The notes beneath the pieces are model-generated. The model searched no databases, had not been told where the DNA came from, and worked only from the letters and a program-made list of their open reading frames with translations. A DNA stretch of 63,043 nt, counting the filler, from Bigelowiella natans CCMP2755 (taxonomy: Eukaryota > Protista > Cercozoa): NCBI GenBank assembly GCA_000320545.1. It is 5 parts of 5 records of this genome, joined end to end, with 100 filler letters (N's around TTAATTAATTAA, not from the genome) between each part and the next. Parts side by side here need not be neighbours in the genome. Positions count along the whole stretch, not along the records: positions 42,082 to 58,756 come from ADNK01001066.1; 4 more parts are not named here. One strand, given 5' to 3'. The translations under genes were made by a program, and so were the position numbers. Below are positions 42,149 through 55,505 of this stretch, piece after piece. The stretch's first letter is position 1, and each line of letters begins with the position of its first letter.

Positions 42149-42634
42149 GATGTTGCTGGGATGGGCCTTCCCGCGACCGCACAGGTGGCAATGCAGCAGT
42201 CCGACTATTGCGCATGGAACATATTCGCCTCGGTCAATGCAGCGGTGGGCGACGATGACACGAAGCTGCTGAACTTCCGATATCAACACCTTGGCAGCTT
42301 GATGGCCTTGGGTTCTCTTAGTGGCACGGCAACACTCAATCTTCCCGGCGTTGGTGATTTGACACTCAAAGGCCCGGTAATACAATACTACTGCCACTAC
42401 TGCTGCCACCTATTCATACCTAATGTGAGAACTAAGAGGAGGAGCGAGAGGAGGCGGCGGCGGTGGGGAGGATTTGGTGTATGTGCACATGCTGTGCGTG
42501 TGCGTGCGCGTGCGCGTGCGTGGTGTAAATGAAAACACACACCAGCTCTCCGCCCCCGTTTCTGTTCTCCTTTGACCCTTATATTTTCTTCCTCTTTGCT
42601 TATCCTCCTCCTCCTCCTCCTCTTCCTCCTCCTT

Positions 42635-42666
<32 letters not shown>

Positions 42667-42999
42667 CGATTATCCGACTATCAGCTTGCCTCAGCTCTCC
42701 GCAAGATGGCGTACGTGTACCGCATGCCCACCAACGCGCAGCGGTTGAAGGTGGGCAGCGAGTGGCTGCAGAATCCCGACCTCTTCCTCCCGCCAAAGCT
42801 TCCTCAGGACCCCAAGGAATTCGAAAAGCTCAATCCGTTCGTCGGCACGCCCAACCTAGACAAGCTCTTCAACGAAAAGGAGATCAGAAACGTGCTCGGC
42901 GCGTTGTACGACAGGTTCCAGGCTGAAACGAGAAGTAGTGGTAGTAGTAGTAGTAGTAGTAGTAGTAGAAGGCGTTCTCCTCCTGGGAAGGAGGAGTAG
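42149..42999 (+). CDS. NDC1: Type II NAD(P)H dehydrogenase NDC1/NdbB (demethylphylloquinone reductase), last two exons
   Basis: LPATAQVAMQQSDYCAWNIFA...LLNFRYQHLGSLMALG...LTLKGP-LASALRKMAYVYRMPTNAQRLKVGSEWL matches the NDC1 C-terminus. Confidence 0.85.
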
Positions 43000-43265
43000 G
43001 AGGCGGCAATGATGCCCCGCGATGTGTGAATAGCGTGTTGGGCATTAGTCATAACCACATATATAGCCACAACAGCGCTCAAGGATGCATACGATTTGCT
43101 TGAGTTGTATTAGTGCGGCGACCAGATCCTCATGCATTGTAGCCAATGTGATGCTTTGGCCGCTGCGTGCGTAATGGCGATTCTTTCGCCACCACTCGCT
43201 CTAGAGCTAGTTACTAAAGCAGTACACATGAATTACCCAACATATGATGTAGTCGTACATGCACA

Positions 43266-43346
43266 TTGCACAGCTACATTAGGCCTACGGATGACTATAA
43301 TTGAGCGCATGTAACATCGTTTCACTGCACACACCCGTCTTCTCAT
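43266..43346 (-). repeat. Dispersed spacer element, degenerate copy F
   Basis: Reverse complement is atgagaagacgggtg..tgcagtgaa...caattatagtcatcc...cctaatgtagctgtgcaa. Confidence 0.65.
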
Positions 43347-43697
43347 TCATATAATAATGTATGAATGTATGCTTAAAACCAAAGAAGGCGATGAATTAAT
43401 TACTATTGTATACATTGACCATAACGCATGCAAAATGCCTAGATCATGATTCTAGCTCCCGCTTTACTCCTATACCTCGTCACCATAAATCAAAAGCTAC
43501 TCCACCTCAATTCTGATTTCTTTTTAATCACGCGGCCTTAATGCAGCGTTTGAGATTTTCGACCTCATCACTCATTCGCGAGTACTCTCCCCCAGTCTTC
43601 ACCGTCATTGCATTCGGATGCACAATGTGCTATGCTAATGTGGAGTGTACAGCTTCCCATGACTAATGAATCATGTAGCGGCAGCTAGATATGATGT

Positions 43698-44296
43698 TCA
43701 AGGCCCTGCATTTGACTCGAGGCACAACAATCCTTCGAAGAAAAGCGGGGAGGGAGGACCGGAGATGATGCCGTCCGCCATCATTTCTCTGATAGCATCC
43801 GCACGCGGCACCGATGCACGCCACGCGCTAAAAGAAGCCTCAGAATCCCAGACTGAGAGTGTGCTGTGCATGAAACCATCATCGACACGCAGCCCTGCTC
43901 GCCTCATGAGCGTCCTTACCTTGAGGCCTGGAGGAGGTCCCGTGTCGCGGTTCGTTCTAGAAGCTTCCATCTTTGCTTCAAAATCCGCCTCTCTACCTTC
44001 TCGCACCGGCCAGCGATTGACCACAGCAAAGCTTTCAGGCTCGAGCAATGATTGCCCGTCGGCCCTGATGTCTTGCCGCCACCCTCCTTCTGCATCAACG
44101 GTAGGAGAGGGCGTTGCCGCAGTGCATACTGCGGTAGCTTCGTACAGCGCAGGGCTCGGCTTGCCTTTGAGGAGGAATATTGCTGTCTTGAGCATTGATG
44201 CGAAGGCTGCGATTCCACCAGAACCTCCATGCGCCTGTCGGAGTAAAAACATAGTATATGCTGTAAGTCGAACGTTTTGTGCAAAGTACGTGATGG

Positions 44297-44348
<52 letters not shown>

Positions 44349-44810
44349 CGTGCGTATATGCGGTAGAATTTGCAGGAGCATTACCTCCTTGAAAGCATCG
44401 CCCTTACGCCAAGCCGTGTACTCATCTTCGCTCTCCCAAAGCGTGCAGCTAATATAGTCGGGGGCGTCATCTTTCCCAGGTCTCGAATCCTTGAAGAAGG
44501 CAGGTCCATCGATCCTCCTCAGCAGCGTGAAGTAACGAAAACCGTCGAGAGTTCCCAATCGAGACTTTCTCTCCGCCCACCTTTTCTCAAAGCCTGCAGC
44601 ATTTCTTACACGAAACCTGTTCGTGGCGATGAAGCGCTCGGCTGGCGCTAGATTGCTGGCAACTGGGCTTACAGCAGATCGAAGCTTCGAAAGAGCTGGA
44701 GAGATGAGGAAGAAGGAAGTGGCGACCATGACAAGGAGGGCGGGCAGCATCCTTCGTAGGGCCCTTGTGCGGCAGAAGAGGGGGGGGTGCCTCGTCATGG
44801 AGCGGAACAT
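43698..44810 (-). CDS. Tandem ABM-domain (IsdG/HmoA-like heme-degrading monooxygenase) protein with signal+transit presequence; intron 44235-44384
   Basis: First domain FIATNRFRV..FEKRWAERKSRL..LDGF...TLWESEDEYTAWRKGDAFKE-AHG carries the IsdG Asn/Trp/His positions. Second domain AVVNRWPV...SVWDSEASFSAW. Hydrophobic N-terminus. Confidence 0.85.
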
Positions 44811-45075
44811 GATCCAAAAATGCTGCTTTGAATCTTCGGCTCTACGTCGAGAGAATTACTGGTGGTTTTTATCCTACGACATCATCATCATGCCCTGTCG
44901 CAGACTGGAAATTCATTGGCAATCGGTACTAACTGTTGCTTCTGTTGCCGGAGCTGCAAGATTCGGGTATACTGAATAAACCTTAAAAAGATTGCCCAAA
45001 TACAGAACCAGGGTACCCACGTGGTCTGGTCTGGGGGAGGAGGGAAGAAAGCAGGGAGCGAGACAGATAGAAGCT

Positions 45076-45807
45076 ATGGCATTGTCCCCCCCGCTCTTCC
45101 GCTTCTCGCAAGCTTCTATTCGTCCTTTTCGCCGAGTCTTTCAGAAGTTTGGGGGCGGTGGGTCAGGGGGGGGGGACGATCCGTGGGGACTTCGAATGCA
45201 ACCCGTGCTCTCAGATGTCGATTGGGAGGTCAAATCCGCAGAACATTGGGTCATTCGCGGAGAAAACGGGGCAGGAAAGAGCACTTTGCTTGCTGCTATC
45301 GTTGGGAAGGCTCTCGTCACCAGAGGAAAAGTCGAGTTTGGGGAGGGGCTAGACGTACAAAGGGACATTAGGCACGTCTCATTCGAGCATCAGCGCGAAC
45401 GGTGACTCTTTCCTATGCACGCGATGACAATATTCAACGTTGCTATTATCACTAGGGAAAGGCATTACTATTATAGCAGAAATTTGGTGACGCCCATTAC
45501 ATGATCATCATCATTGTCATCAGGCTGATAAAAGAGGCCGACTTAGAAGCTGTGAGTCAAGCCATCGGGCACCATTACCGCGGCGCGCCCATAATCCCCG
45601 CAGATGCTCCGCATTTCACCAAGGATGTGGCAAGGCGGCTCGGGCTGTCACCGTGTGTTGCTGAACGAAGCGCAGCAACTCTGTCCACAGGTGGATCAGC
45701 ATCCCCATGCATGCTGTGCCATTGGCGATAATTCTTCGATGGGGGTTATGAGGAGGAGCAGCGGCAGCATGTTGTTATCCCAAATCATCTGTGGCATACA
45801 TAAAACA

Positions 45808-45847
<40 letters not shown>

Positions 45848-47025
45848 CATAAAATTAATAACACAATATAATGCAAAAATTAACCTAAGGTGAGCTCAAC
45901 AAAGGCATGCTTGCTCGAGCGTTAGGGGAGCAACCTAAACTCCTACTTCTCGACGAGGTACTAACTATATCAGTGAATAAATTGTTGGATGATGATCGTG
46001 TCTATTTATCATATATGTCTCCCTTCCTCCCTTCCTCCCTCCCTCCCTCCGCCATTCGTCATTCTCACTCGTCCCAGTGTACGTTTCATAAGCACAACTT
46101 GAAAGCACACACACACACACTTCTAGACGCATATTGCGCTTGCGTGTGTGTTCCGCTATCTGACGCAACATAATCATCTAGGTGCACAATGGACTTGATT
46201 TCGATGCACGTTTGGCCCTCAACGGCATATTACAGGATATGGCCACCAAAAGTCAAACGCAAGTAAATTTATGAGTGAACCACCACCACCACCACCATCA
46301 TTATCCATAGTTCTTTCTTCACCTTCTCAGCCTGCTTCCCCCCCCCCCCCCCCCCAATTCTCCATCCATGGATTCATCTACTATAGATTGTGATGGTATG
46401 CCACAACGCTGCGGAAGTGCCTTCGTTTCTGACACATACGCTGGAGGTGGAAAATGGAGTGCTTTCCTCCGACCTGTACGTTCCACCACAGATTGAAGAG
46501 CAACAGTGGGTATTTTCCAATAGAAGGGATGAGAACGACGACGAGGCGGCTGCCGCTGCCCTCGGACAGGCAAATAACTGGTATTAGTAGTAGTAGTAGT
46601 GGTAGAAGCAGCAGCAGAATTATTTGGGAAGGTTGCGCTTTACACATATCTGTTCATCGATTGTGCCATCAATGTTTGTGAGGGAGTGTTGTGCGTGTGC
46701 GTGCATGTGCATGTGCATAGAAATGCTGTATTGGTGAAGCTGTTCTTCTAAATGTGTAATATACGTCCTCACACGCGCACACATACGCGCATGCACCTCT
46801 TAACAAAGTAGCAACGAGCCCGGTAGCGATGGTGTCCTCATCTCAATGCGAGGTGTAACCGTGCGGTACAGGAACAGAGACGTGATTAGCGAGCTAGATT
46901 GGAAAGTACGAAAAGGCGAGCATTGGTAATAAAAATAGCAGCAGCACTAGAAAGCGTAGTGGTGGTGGTGGTTAAATGGTCCCTGCTACTGAAATCTTAT
47001 TAATCATTAATTCGGTGTGGATGTG

Positions 47026-47058
<33 letters not shown>

Positions 47059-48770
47059 AGGGCGGTGGTGGGTCCAAATGGGTGTGGAAAGTCGACGCTC
47101 TTAGAACTTGTTCATGGACACCATCCACAGGTGACCGGTGGTGGTGGTTGTGTGCCTATACTGATGAGAAGATTCTGATGAGCACGCTGCTAATAGCACC
47201 AGTTGTGGTGCCCCTTCTCCTCAACCCTTCCTTTGCTCTCTCGCACTCCCGTTGTATTCCATCGTTGAGCGTGTTGTGCCGCTCCTGCTCATCTGTGTTG
47301 TAATGGGCGATGATAGGGGTATGCGAACGATATCTCGGTGCTAGGAATGGCCCGAGGGGGGCGGCCCCAGCAAGATGACAGCAGCCAAACGAATGATGGG
47401 AACACGTCAAGAGCGGAAGTCGCCTCGGAGAATATCGTGGATTCATCTTGGAACCTTTTCCAGCTTCGACAGAGAATCGGGGTGGATGATTTGGGGGGAG
47501 GAGAGAAGGGTTTTGGAGAGAAGTGAGGGACTTATTACATGCAGCAGGAGGTAGACCAGCAGCGATTCTACGAAATTAACGATCATATATAAGCGTATAG
47601 TATCACGTAATCAGATACAGGATTGAGATGCTTAGAGTGGTGGAGAGGGGAATGAACGTGTTTCTTCTTTTCCAACATCAGGTGGTCAACCCTCGGCTCC
47701 AAATGCGATACAACAAGAGGGAAAAGGCTAAGGACGTTGTTTTATCGGGGTCTGGCGATTTTCACAACAATCAAATTTTTAAAACGATTCTGGGGGGGTG
47801 GTGAGGGGGGTGGGTCATAGCGAAAAATATTGTCGAACCTTTATCTCAGACTATCACAAGTTTCCGAATCCTCTTTATGCATTCTTGCCGCTAAGGGTTT
47901 CCTTCTTACTTATTTCTTCTTGCTTTGGAGACCCCATATCTAGTTGCTTCTATGTGCGAGAGCATGTGCACTTGCAAGCATATTTATGCGTTTGTGTGTG
48001 TGTGTGGGCGTGCGCGCGCGCTTCTACTAAAAATGCGTTTACTTGTCCCTCATTTTTTTTCTCTTCCTCCGTGCACTTTGGTAGGTATTTCGACACCATA
48101 GGGTTGTACAATGCATGCAGTCTGGATCAACATGATGCTGCGGAGAAAATCATGAAAGTATATTTGTCGGTGCGTGGTGTGTATGTGTAATAGAAAGACG
48201 ACACCCCAGCTGACTCTTGGCGTTGGTTGTGTTTTGCAATCGAGCGTGAGCCTTCCATTGTCGCACAAAGAGAGTGACAAATATCATTTTGTTGTTGCTA
48301 CAATAAGAGGCGAGCTATGAGTTATATAACCTTGATATAGAAATATTTATTTATTTGTGTCCGTGTAGAAATTGGACATATGGGATCTCGAAAGTGTATC
48401 GTTTGCGGACTTAAGTCTTGGCCAGCAGGCTCGTGTTTTAGTGGCGAGAGCGATGGTAAAGGTAATACTACTACTGCCCGGTTTTGTTTTTTTGGGCTGT
48501 TGTTCCAACACAAGATGGATAATAACACGCACACACACACACACACACACAAATTTTGATGAATTATCAAAATGACAATTGCAGAAGCCCTGTTTGCTGA
48601 TCCTGGACGAGCCGTGCGCGTCTTTGGATGCTGAATCGCGCGAGAAACTCATTGCATCGATTGATGCATTAGCTGCCGGGAAGGACACAACCATTCTCTA
48701 TGTCACGCACCACGCCGATTCCGTGCCCAAATGCATTACCAATGTTCTTCGACTGTCAATCAATCTTTAG
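45076..48770 (+). CDS. ModF-like soluble ABC ATPase with two NBDs (multi-exon)
   Basis: NBD1: GENGAGKST, LSTGE, LARAL..PKLLLLDE. NBD2: VVGPNGCGKSTLL..GHHP, LSLGQQARVLVARAMVK-KPCLLILDEPCASLD, ILYVTHH..CITNVLRL. Confidence 0.85.
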
Positions 48771-48950
48771 AACAAATTGTGTGTTGCACACAATGAACTG
48801 TGCGACTGTGACATCTAGATCTAGAGATGCCAGCAGGAGAGACCGATCTAGCGATGTTGCACATGCTAGCATGTCACGTCAAGCTAGTCAAGCCACGACT
48901 CATCGATCGTGTCCAGGTGTTGTGCGCGCGACACCGGTCTCGTGGTCTAG

Positions 48951-49870
48951 CGGTGCACGCACGGCTGAATTTGCACTGGACATCAGCATCCCATTTCCAG
49001 CGGATCGGATGTGCTGGAGACTCGATCAATGATGGCCTGTGCGCGCTCGTCACTGTGCGCAGTTGAGCAGATGCAAGTCCACAGCAATGATGGATGCCAC
49101 GACTTGACAGCGCTGCTGCGTTGCATGAGAATTCTCTCTGTTTCTGTCTTTGTTTGAACCGTCGACAAACAAACCATTGACATCATTGGTTGCGAGTTCT
49201 GAAGTTGTCAGAGCCAAGTTGTGAATGGTTGTTTGATTGCTCTGTGTCTGAGACAAGTGAAAGGGAAGAACCCTGCCCAGTCGGGATTGGTCGCAACCAG
49301 AAGCCACTGACACACTGAACCCGCATGAACCAAGCGCACTCTCAAACACATTGACAACCAGGGGATGATCAATGAACAATGAACAATGAACAATGAAGAA
49401 AGCGTTGATCAAAACTACATGCGCCAGAAAATGAACAGAGCGTTGATCAAATCAGTCGCGAACTCGCAACGAACTAAACCCAGTGTTGGTGTGAACTAAA
49501 CACACCTCGCGAACAGGTTTAGTCGCAAACCATCCCTGTTGTTTTGCCTAAATGCATTGGAGATTCCGTGCTGCCACCATCGTCTTGTCGCGGATCTTGA
49601 TCGTTGGCGAATTTCATCAGCTTTTCCAGCAGCACAACCACATGCGCTCGGCGATTGCCCGGCCTGCCAATCACCGAGTTGCGAGCGTGCTCAGCAGAAC
49701 ACGCTCCGACTGAAGATCTCTCACGTGCGGGTTTACCACGGCGACACGTGCGTTTGGGATGACGCGATGAATGAGAACAGGGAGCGTTCGTCGTTGGCTC
49801 ATCCGTGGACAAAGGTTCAATCTTCATCTTCTTCTCAAAGTCACTCAAACACCTCAAACACGTTTCCCCT
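48951..49870 (-). pseudogene. Probable TpA-erased gene relic
   Basis: Coding-like but broken minus-strand frames, rich in Cys/His and lacking Tyr (ORFs 49050-49412 and 49519-49857). No TA in 48951-49415. Confidence 0.35.
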
Positions 49871-49909
49871 ATCGCGTTTGGATCAAGATCATAGCGTTAC
49901 AGCACAGAA

Positions 49910-51591
49910 ATGGCAACCTATCGGGAGGATTACCTTGTATCCGATGCTCTAAAGTGTCTCGTCTCTTTGGTGCTGCTTCTTAACGCGATAAGGATGACTA
50001 GGAGGAAAACCTCTGAAGTAAAAGTTAACTTTGGATGGTGGGTGATACAACTTTGTGCGTTACCTGCAAAGCGCTCACTATGCTTTGACTTGGTGAAGGA
50101 TGACTGGGTGCTTGGCTACCATACATCTTGCACTGTTCCGGGTAATGTTACACGTAGCTATGCAATTTTCCACATGTGAAGCAAACCTTTTTTGAGCAGA
50201 CCTATTACGGCCCCCCGCGAGCACCTTGGCAAGCTGTTGTCATTATGATTGCTGCTCTCCTGGTAAACAAAGAACATGAAGAATTCTAGACTTGAGGGAG
50301 CTTCTTGTACATTCATTCTATAACACCTGATATTATTGTCGTAGACCGTTCTCGAAGTCCAAATACAGGTTTATCTTTAAACTCTATCCTCCTTTTAAAT
50401 CACGCTTCGATTTCTGTGGTTGATTTGAGTCGGTAAGAAATTTAGTGCCGCTCCTATGATTACAGTATATTTTATTTCTATGGACAAGAGCAATGTACAC
50501 CAGCTTCAATATGGCAAATACTGCCTCGATCTATTCAAAATGGATCATAGCAGGTGTTGTGGTAGATCGTTTGTTCCGATATGTGTTAGTATTTTGATTG
50601 CTATTCGGATTCAATATGAGATTTTTATACAGAGCTCATCATATCCATGTTATGCAACGGAGTTGGATCAATAATGCTCATCTACACGGACGAAACGGCT
50701 TGGGCATCGTTGATGTGGTTCGTTGCATTCGCGAATAGTGCATTCTCGGGTACACTTAGCATTGGAAATTTGTTCCGGCTTCGTTCTCTTCTCATAAGTG
50801 CTATCACACGAAAGAAGTGCACATCTTGCTATGTTTCGAAGCACAAATCCTCCACACAGAAGAATTTGCAAGCTGGTATTGTCAGTGGAGAGACCAATCT
50901 TTCGAAGCCAACTTCACCATTACACAAACCAACGGATAGAAAGGGTAATCGGTTGCCAAAGTCTGCCGTCCCGCTAAACGTAAAATCTTATGACCATCAC
51001 TTCTCATCTGAAAGCAAATTGAAGAGTGAAACACGGGCTTCACAAAAGAATTCCGCTGCCGTTACTGACGTCGAAAAGAAACGGAGCTTGACGTTCTTGA
51101 CACAGCTCAATGACGATATATGGGATGATGAAAATACTAAATTTTCGAAAAGCATTCGAAAATTAAACGCGATGCTGTGCATTGGGGTACTGATCCTGTT
51201 ATCGGTAGTAATAGATAGGTATAATCGGGCAAGTACAATAGTGGCGTTTTCAACGGAGTCTTGTTTTTCCAGTTTTCCTGATCGTTTCTAAACCAACTGC
51301 ATTTGAACCTTATTAACATTTGAAAATCGTGTTGTCAATGTCACTACGCGCATATTTGTGAAAAAGAAATCACACATGTAAGACTATCTCTTTTTCTTAT
51401 GGTTGGATTAGGTAATTGCCATTACCCTTGCAATTGCGATTGCATTCCTATTTGAAGGAAAAAAGTCTTTCTCGGACATATGGAATGATTCTCGCGAGCG
51501 ATTCAACGTTACCCAAGATATTTCGGCTTGGTTATCTTTACTTTGCAATGCCTTTCCGCAATGGTATGTATCTTATTCCTCTAGCCACTAG
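49910..51591 (+). CDS. Multi-pass (7TM-like) membrane protein (multi-exon)
   Basis: Several hydrophobic helices in spliced exons and a long Ser/Lys loop. The last exon VIAITLAIAIAFLF...WLSLLCNAFPQWY..* ends at 51591. Confidence 0.55.
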
Positions 51592-52822
51592 GGTATGTCT
51601 ACATGTACATGTTACAACGGTCGTAGCTACGCTTTATGTATGCATGTCATTGCTCCCAGCGATAACAACTCCTAACACCTACAAACATTGACTTGATGTT
51701 GAGGCTCACAAGGCTATTAGTGAAATGTTTGTCGGCTGCACCACAATGATCACTAACATTTGTACATGCTTGCAATGTCTATGGAATTTGTTGGTAGCAT
51801 CGGTCCATGGACATGTTCAAATGATGTGTCTGCATGCGTGTAGCTGTGCATGCGCAACGTCTACCCACAACCTGCCCCTTTCATCATCATCAGAATGTGC
51901 ACTTCACTTCACTAGTGCTAGAGTGCCCGGACAGCTGACTTGCATGCGCTTGCAAATGTTGCAGTTGTCACAGCTCGGAGAAAACAGCAAAACATCGACG
52001 TTGTCGTCGATCGTAATTGCAGACATGCTAGCATGGTGCACACCACTAGATCATGTCATGTGCATGCTGCACACACATCTAGCTAGCTAGACATGTCATG
52101 CATGCAGTGTCAGTGTCAGGTGTGTCCATTGCTAGATTGTTGTTTTGTTTTCAAGCATCTTCCTTTGCACGACAGTCTAGCATCGCAGTACGTGCTATGC
52201 GAGATGGTGGTGCACAATGTGCACATTGTCGCACAGCAACTTTTGCAACAACTCTAGAATTAGTTATCGCATCGCATTGTATTTCATGCGATCTAGCGAT
52301 GCTTGTGTAGCAACATCATGACTTGACACAGCTAGACAGCAGACTGCAGAGCACCACACAGCATCGTGAGCTACATCTAATTGTGTAGCATTGCGAAACA
52401 AGATTGGGAGAGGCTGTTTGTCCACCACCTAAATACATGACAAGAAATCTACTAAATTGAGGCCTCGTTTGCCGGGTCACAGGCAGCGCATGCGCCACAC
52501 ACTCGCACAGTTTGTTTTAGTATCATAGCACAATTACGCAATGGCTTCGTGTACAATCGCTGAGTCGGTTTCCTTATTAGTGTTGTCTCCGTGATCAACA
52601 TGATACATACTCATAATAAAAGGAAGTCTAGATAGTTCTGCAAGCTGCATGAACTCATAATTTCGTTCTTGGGCTGCGCAAGTTACTGAAAACCATCAGG
52701 TTTTTGGCCACGCGACATAATATTGCCATGTCGCATGACAAAAACTTTAAGTGCTTCGCTCGAACTTCAAATTCCGGTTTTAAATTATTACTGTACTAGT
52801 GGTCTTGACGATTCCCTACTGA

Positions 52823-54544
52823 CTAATACTGAGGGACATAAGCGAGGCTGCCACCCTCCATCATCCTTCTCGAGTAGTACGCGGTGTCTTCGAAGAGCTC
52901 AATAATGTAACCGTTTGGGGCTTTGATCAGAAGCCTTTTCCCACCCTTGCCTAGCATCAGGATAGGCTCCTCGTGCACCTTGAAGTTCTCGATATAGGGA
53001 GTGAGGGAGGGCACCTAGGGGCGGGAAGGGATGGGTGATAAGGGTTAGGATGATGATATTGAGGATGATGGTGATGCATGATTGTTCTGCAAAGTATCAC
53101 CAGGGAGAGAGCCATACTAAAGCACTGCTAATGCTATGGCTGCGTATACTAATACTGATATCCTCTACTACATCCAACCGAAAGAGCAGCACGATAGCCC
53201 ATGTATGCATCGATCTCTGAGAGATCTCCATGAAGCTCGTTGACGAACTTCTCGTGCTCTTTTATTCGAATCAGGCCTTCCCTTTTGAACTTCTGCTGGA
53301 TGTAGTGGAGGGACCTATTCAATCAATTAAGGTAGGGGGTCAATGATGAGGAGGAAACGAGAGGATGATGCTGACCAAACATACACGCAGCAACCCTGCA
53401 TCCCAAGCCTCAACCCCCCCCCGCCCTATTTCCGACTCTCCTTTGTCTGTTTCGTTGGTACGGGCACGCTTACTACCAGAAATTCTCCACCGCCATCCAC
53501 TGAATGTTCGCACATGTTCCGTTGGCGTAGGCGTGGCTCTGGGTCGGCTTGGTAAGGGTGTCAAGCTTCGTGACGTTAAGGAACTTGTACGTCCAGAGCG
53601 CATTTTCCACCGCATCTAGTAGGTAGGTAAATAGCAATGGTGGAGATGATCATCGTCGACAGCTCGATGTATTCTCATGCAACCGCCGCCCACCAACACC
53701 TCCTTCTGGAAAAGGAAAATGAAAAGGAGGATGATATGTTTTCTCGCCTCTCCTATCCTCTCCTCTCCGCCACTCTCCCTCTCTTTGTTTTATATCCCGT
53801 CGTCATCATAGTCGACAGACACCATTGTTACGTTCATCATGTGATTACTATTACCGGAAGCATACATAGACTGGTGCGATGGGATAAACTCAGGAAGTGG
53901 CTTTGAAGGCACCGAGGATATGTCTGTCACGTTGATCTTGTGGGAGGGTGGGGTGCAGCAGGAGATAAAGGTAATCAGAGGTGGTTCCTCTTATCAATGC
54001 ATGTGCAAATTCACATTTAATGCGTCAGCTTACACAGCATTTAATCCAAAAGTTTCACGATGAGTCGAAACTCGAATTCTGCCGCTGCTTTTGCTATGGC
54101 TGCGTACCTTGTATGGCTGCATGCGGCCTGTCCCCGCGTTATCAGTTTTTCGGCAAAAAAGGAAGGGTTCTTTCCAGTAAACGGTTGCATTTCCCAGCAC
54201 CTTCACGTCAAAATATATCGATTTATGATCAGATATTGAAAATCCTAGAATGCTCTGGACAGAGCGACCCTCGAAATATCACAACTTTGGCAGTAGGGCA
54301 CCTGGATGATGAGGCCTGTGTTCGCAATCTCGAAGTAAAGCGAGCCACGACTGACGAAGGGCACATCGTTCTTCATAAGGTTCAGGGCCACGGCGTCCAA
54401 ATCTGACACGTAGAAAGCAAGATGCCAGTCCTGCCACCAATCCCAATCATCGTTCGCCATCGAATGCCCTTTGCTCACAAGCTACATAACAACGATAGTC
54501 ACGAAAGCAATAGGATAGATTAGAACTCTTTCTTTCCTCTCCCT

Positions 54545-54591
<47 letters not shown>

Positions 54592-55084
54592 CTTCCGCTC
54601 GCCCCTTCTCCCAAACGTATGCTGTACATTTTAGTTATGAATTACGTTTGAATACATAGGAGTTGACACGTGTTACAGGCAAGAGAAATCTGACCTCAGA
54701 GAAAGTAGAGATGGATTCAGCCCCAGGCAGAGAGGAGCCGGCAGTGCTCTGGAAGTAAACGTCGGAGTACTGTTGCCTATCAGCGTAGTACAAACGACAC
54801 CCCACGACCTATGCATTGAATATCATGGATTTATATCGTATCTCACACAAATGCACACCAAACACAAATACATTTACATTTATGTCGACCTCTGTCTCCC
54901 CAGCCTCGATTAGGAAGCTCGAACGGGGAACGAGCTCAGCGCCGGTGAACCTCTTGAAAAAGTCGGCGGCCACCGTTGCGTTTGGTACAGCGAGACTAGC
55001 GTACCGGTAAGTGAGGGCGGGCAGAGATGAATCCGCCAGGCCCCCGCCGCAGGCAGCGAGGAAGAGGAGGAGGGGGAGAGCCAT
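52823..55084 (-). CDS. Secreted tandem VOC/glyoxalase-like protein (multi-exon)
   Basis: Signal peptide MALPLLLFLAACGGGLA. VOC-like motifs YASLAVPNATVAADFFKRFTG, WHLAFYVSDLDAV..L.KNDVPF..SLYF...GLIIQV and LLIKAPNGYIIELF. Confidence 0.7.
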
Positions 55085-55505
55085 AGTAGATGGGCTGTGC
55101 ACACTCAACTTAAAAGTAGTAAAATGGATACGATTTGTAATATGCGTCAAGCATCTCTCCCAATATTTTGGATAAAATCCCATTCTATTTTGCAGAAGTT
55201 AGCTCTTCAACGAGAGCGTATCATTTCAGTTCCGTCAGGAAAATCCGGCAATAGCCAGGAATCTTACCCTGCGACTAGGTCAAATTTGCTAAAATTTCTA
55301 GGAAATATTGTTCTTTTTCGAGAGCACGGATGAATCTCGAGAGACGTTTCGGAGCTTACGGGACCAAATCCTCTAGACACTCCCGATGCAAAATGAGTAA
55401 TGATGTTTCTGGCTCAAATATTTATCTAACTTAACACATTTTAGGAAAGAAAATATCCACTGGACTACCTAGGACGTTCAGAACCAAGTCCTCTCGGAAG
55501 TCACA

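Noticed and set aside
48771-49870. CpG methylation decay or fungal-type RIP as cause of the TG/CA richness
   Set aside because: CpG is plentiful here (gcgcgcg, tcgatcg), and RIP creates TA rather than removing it.
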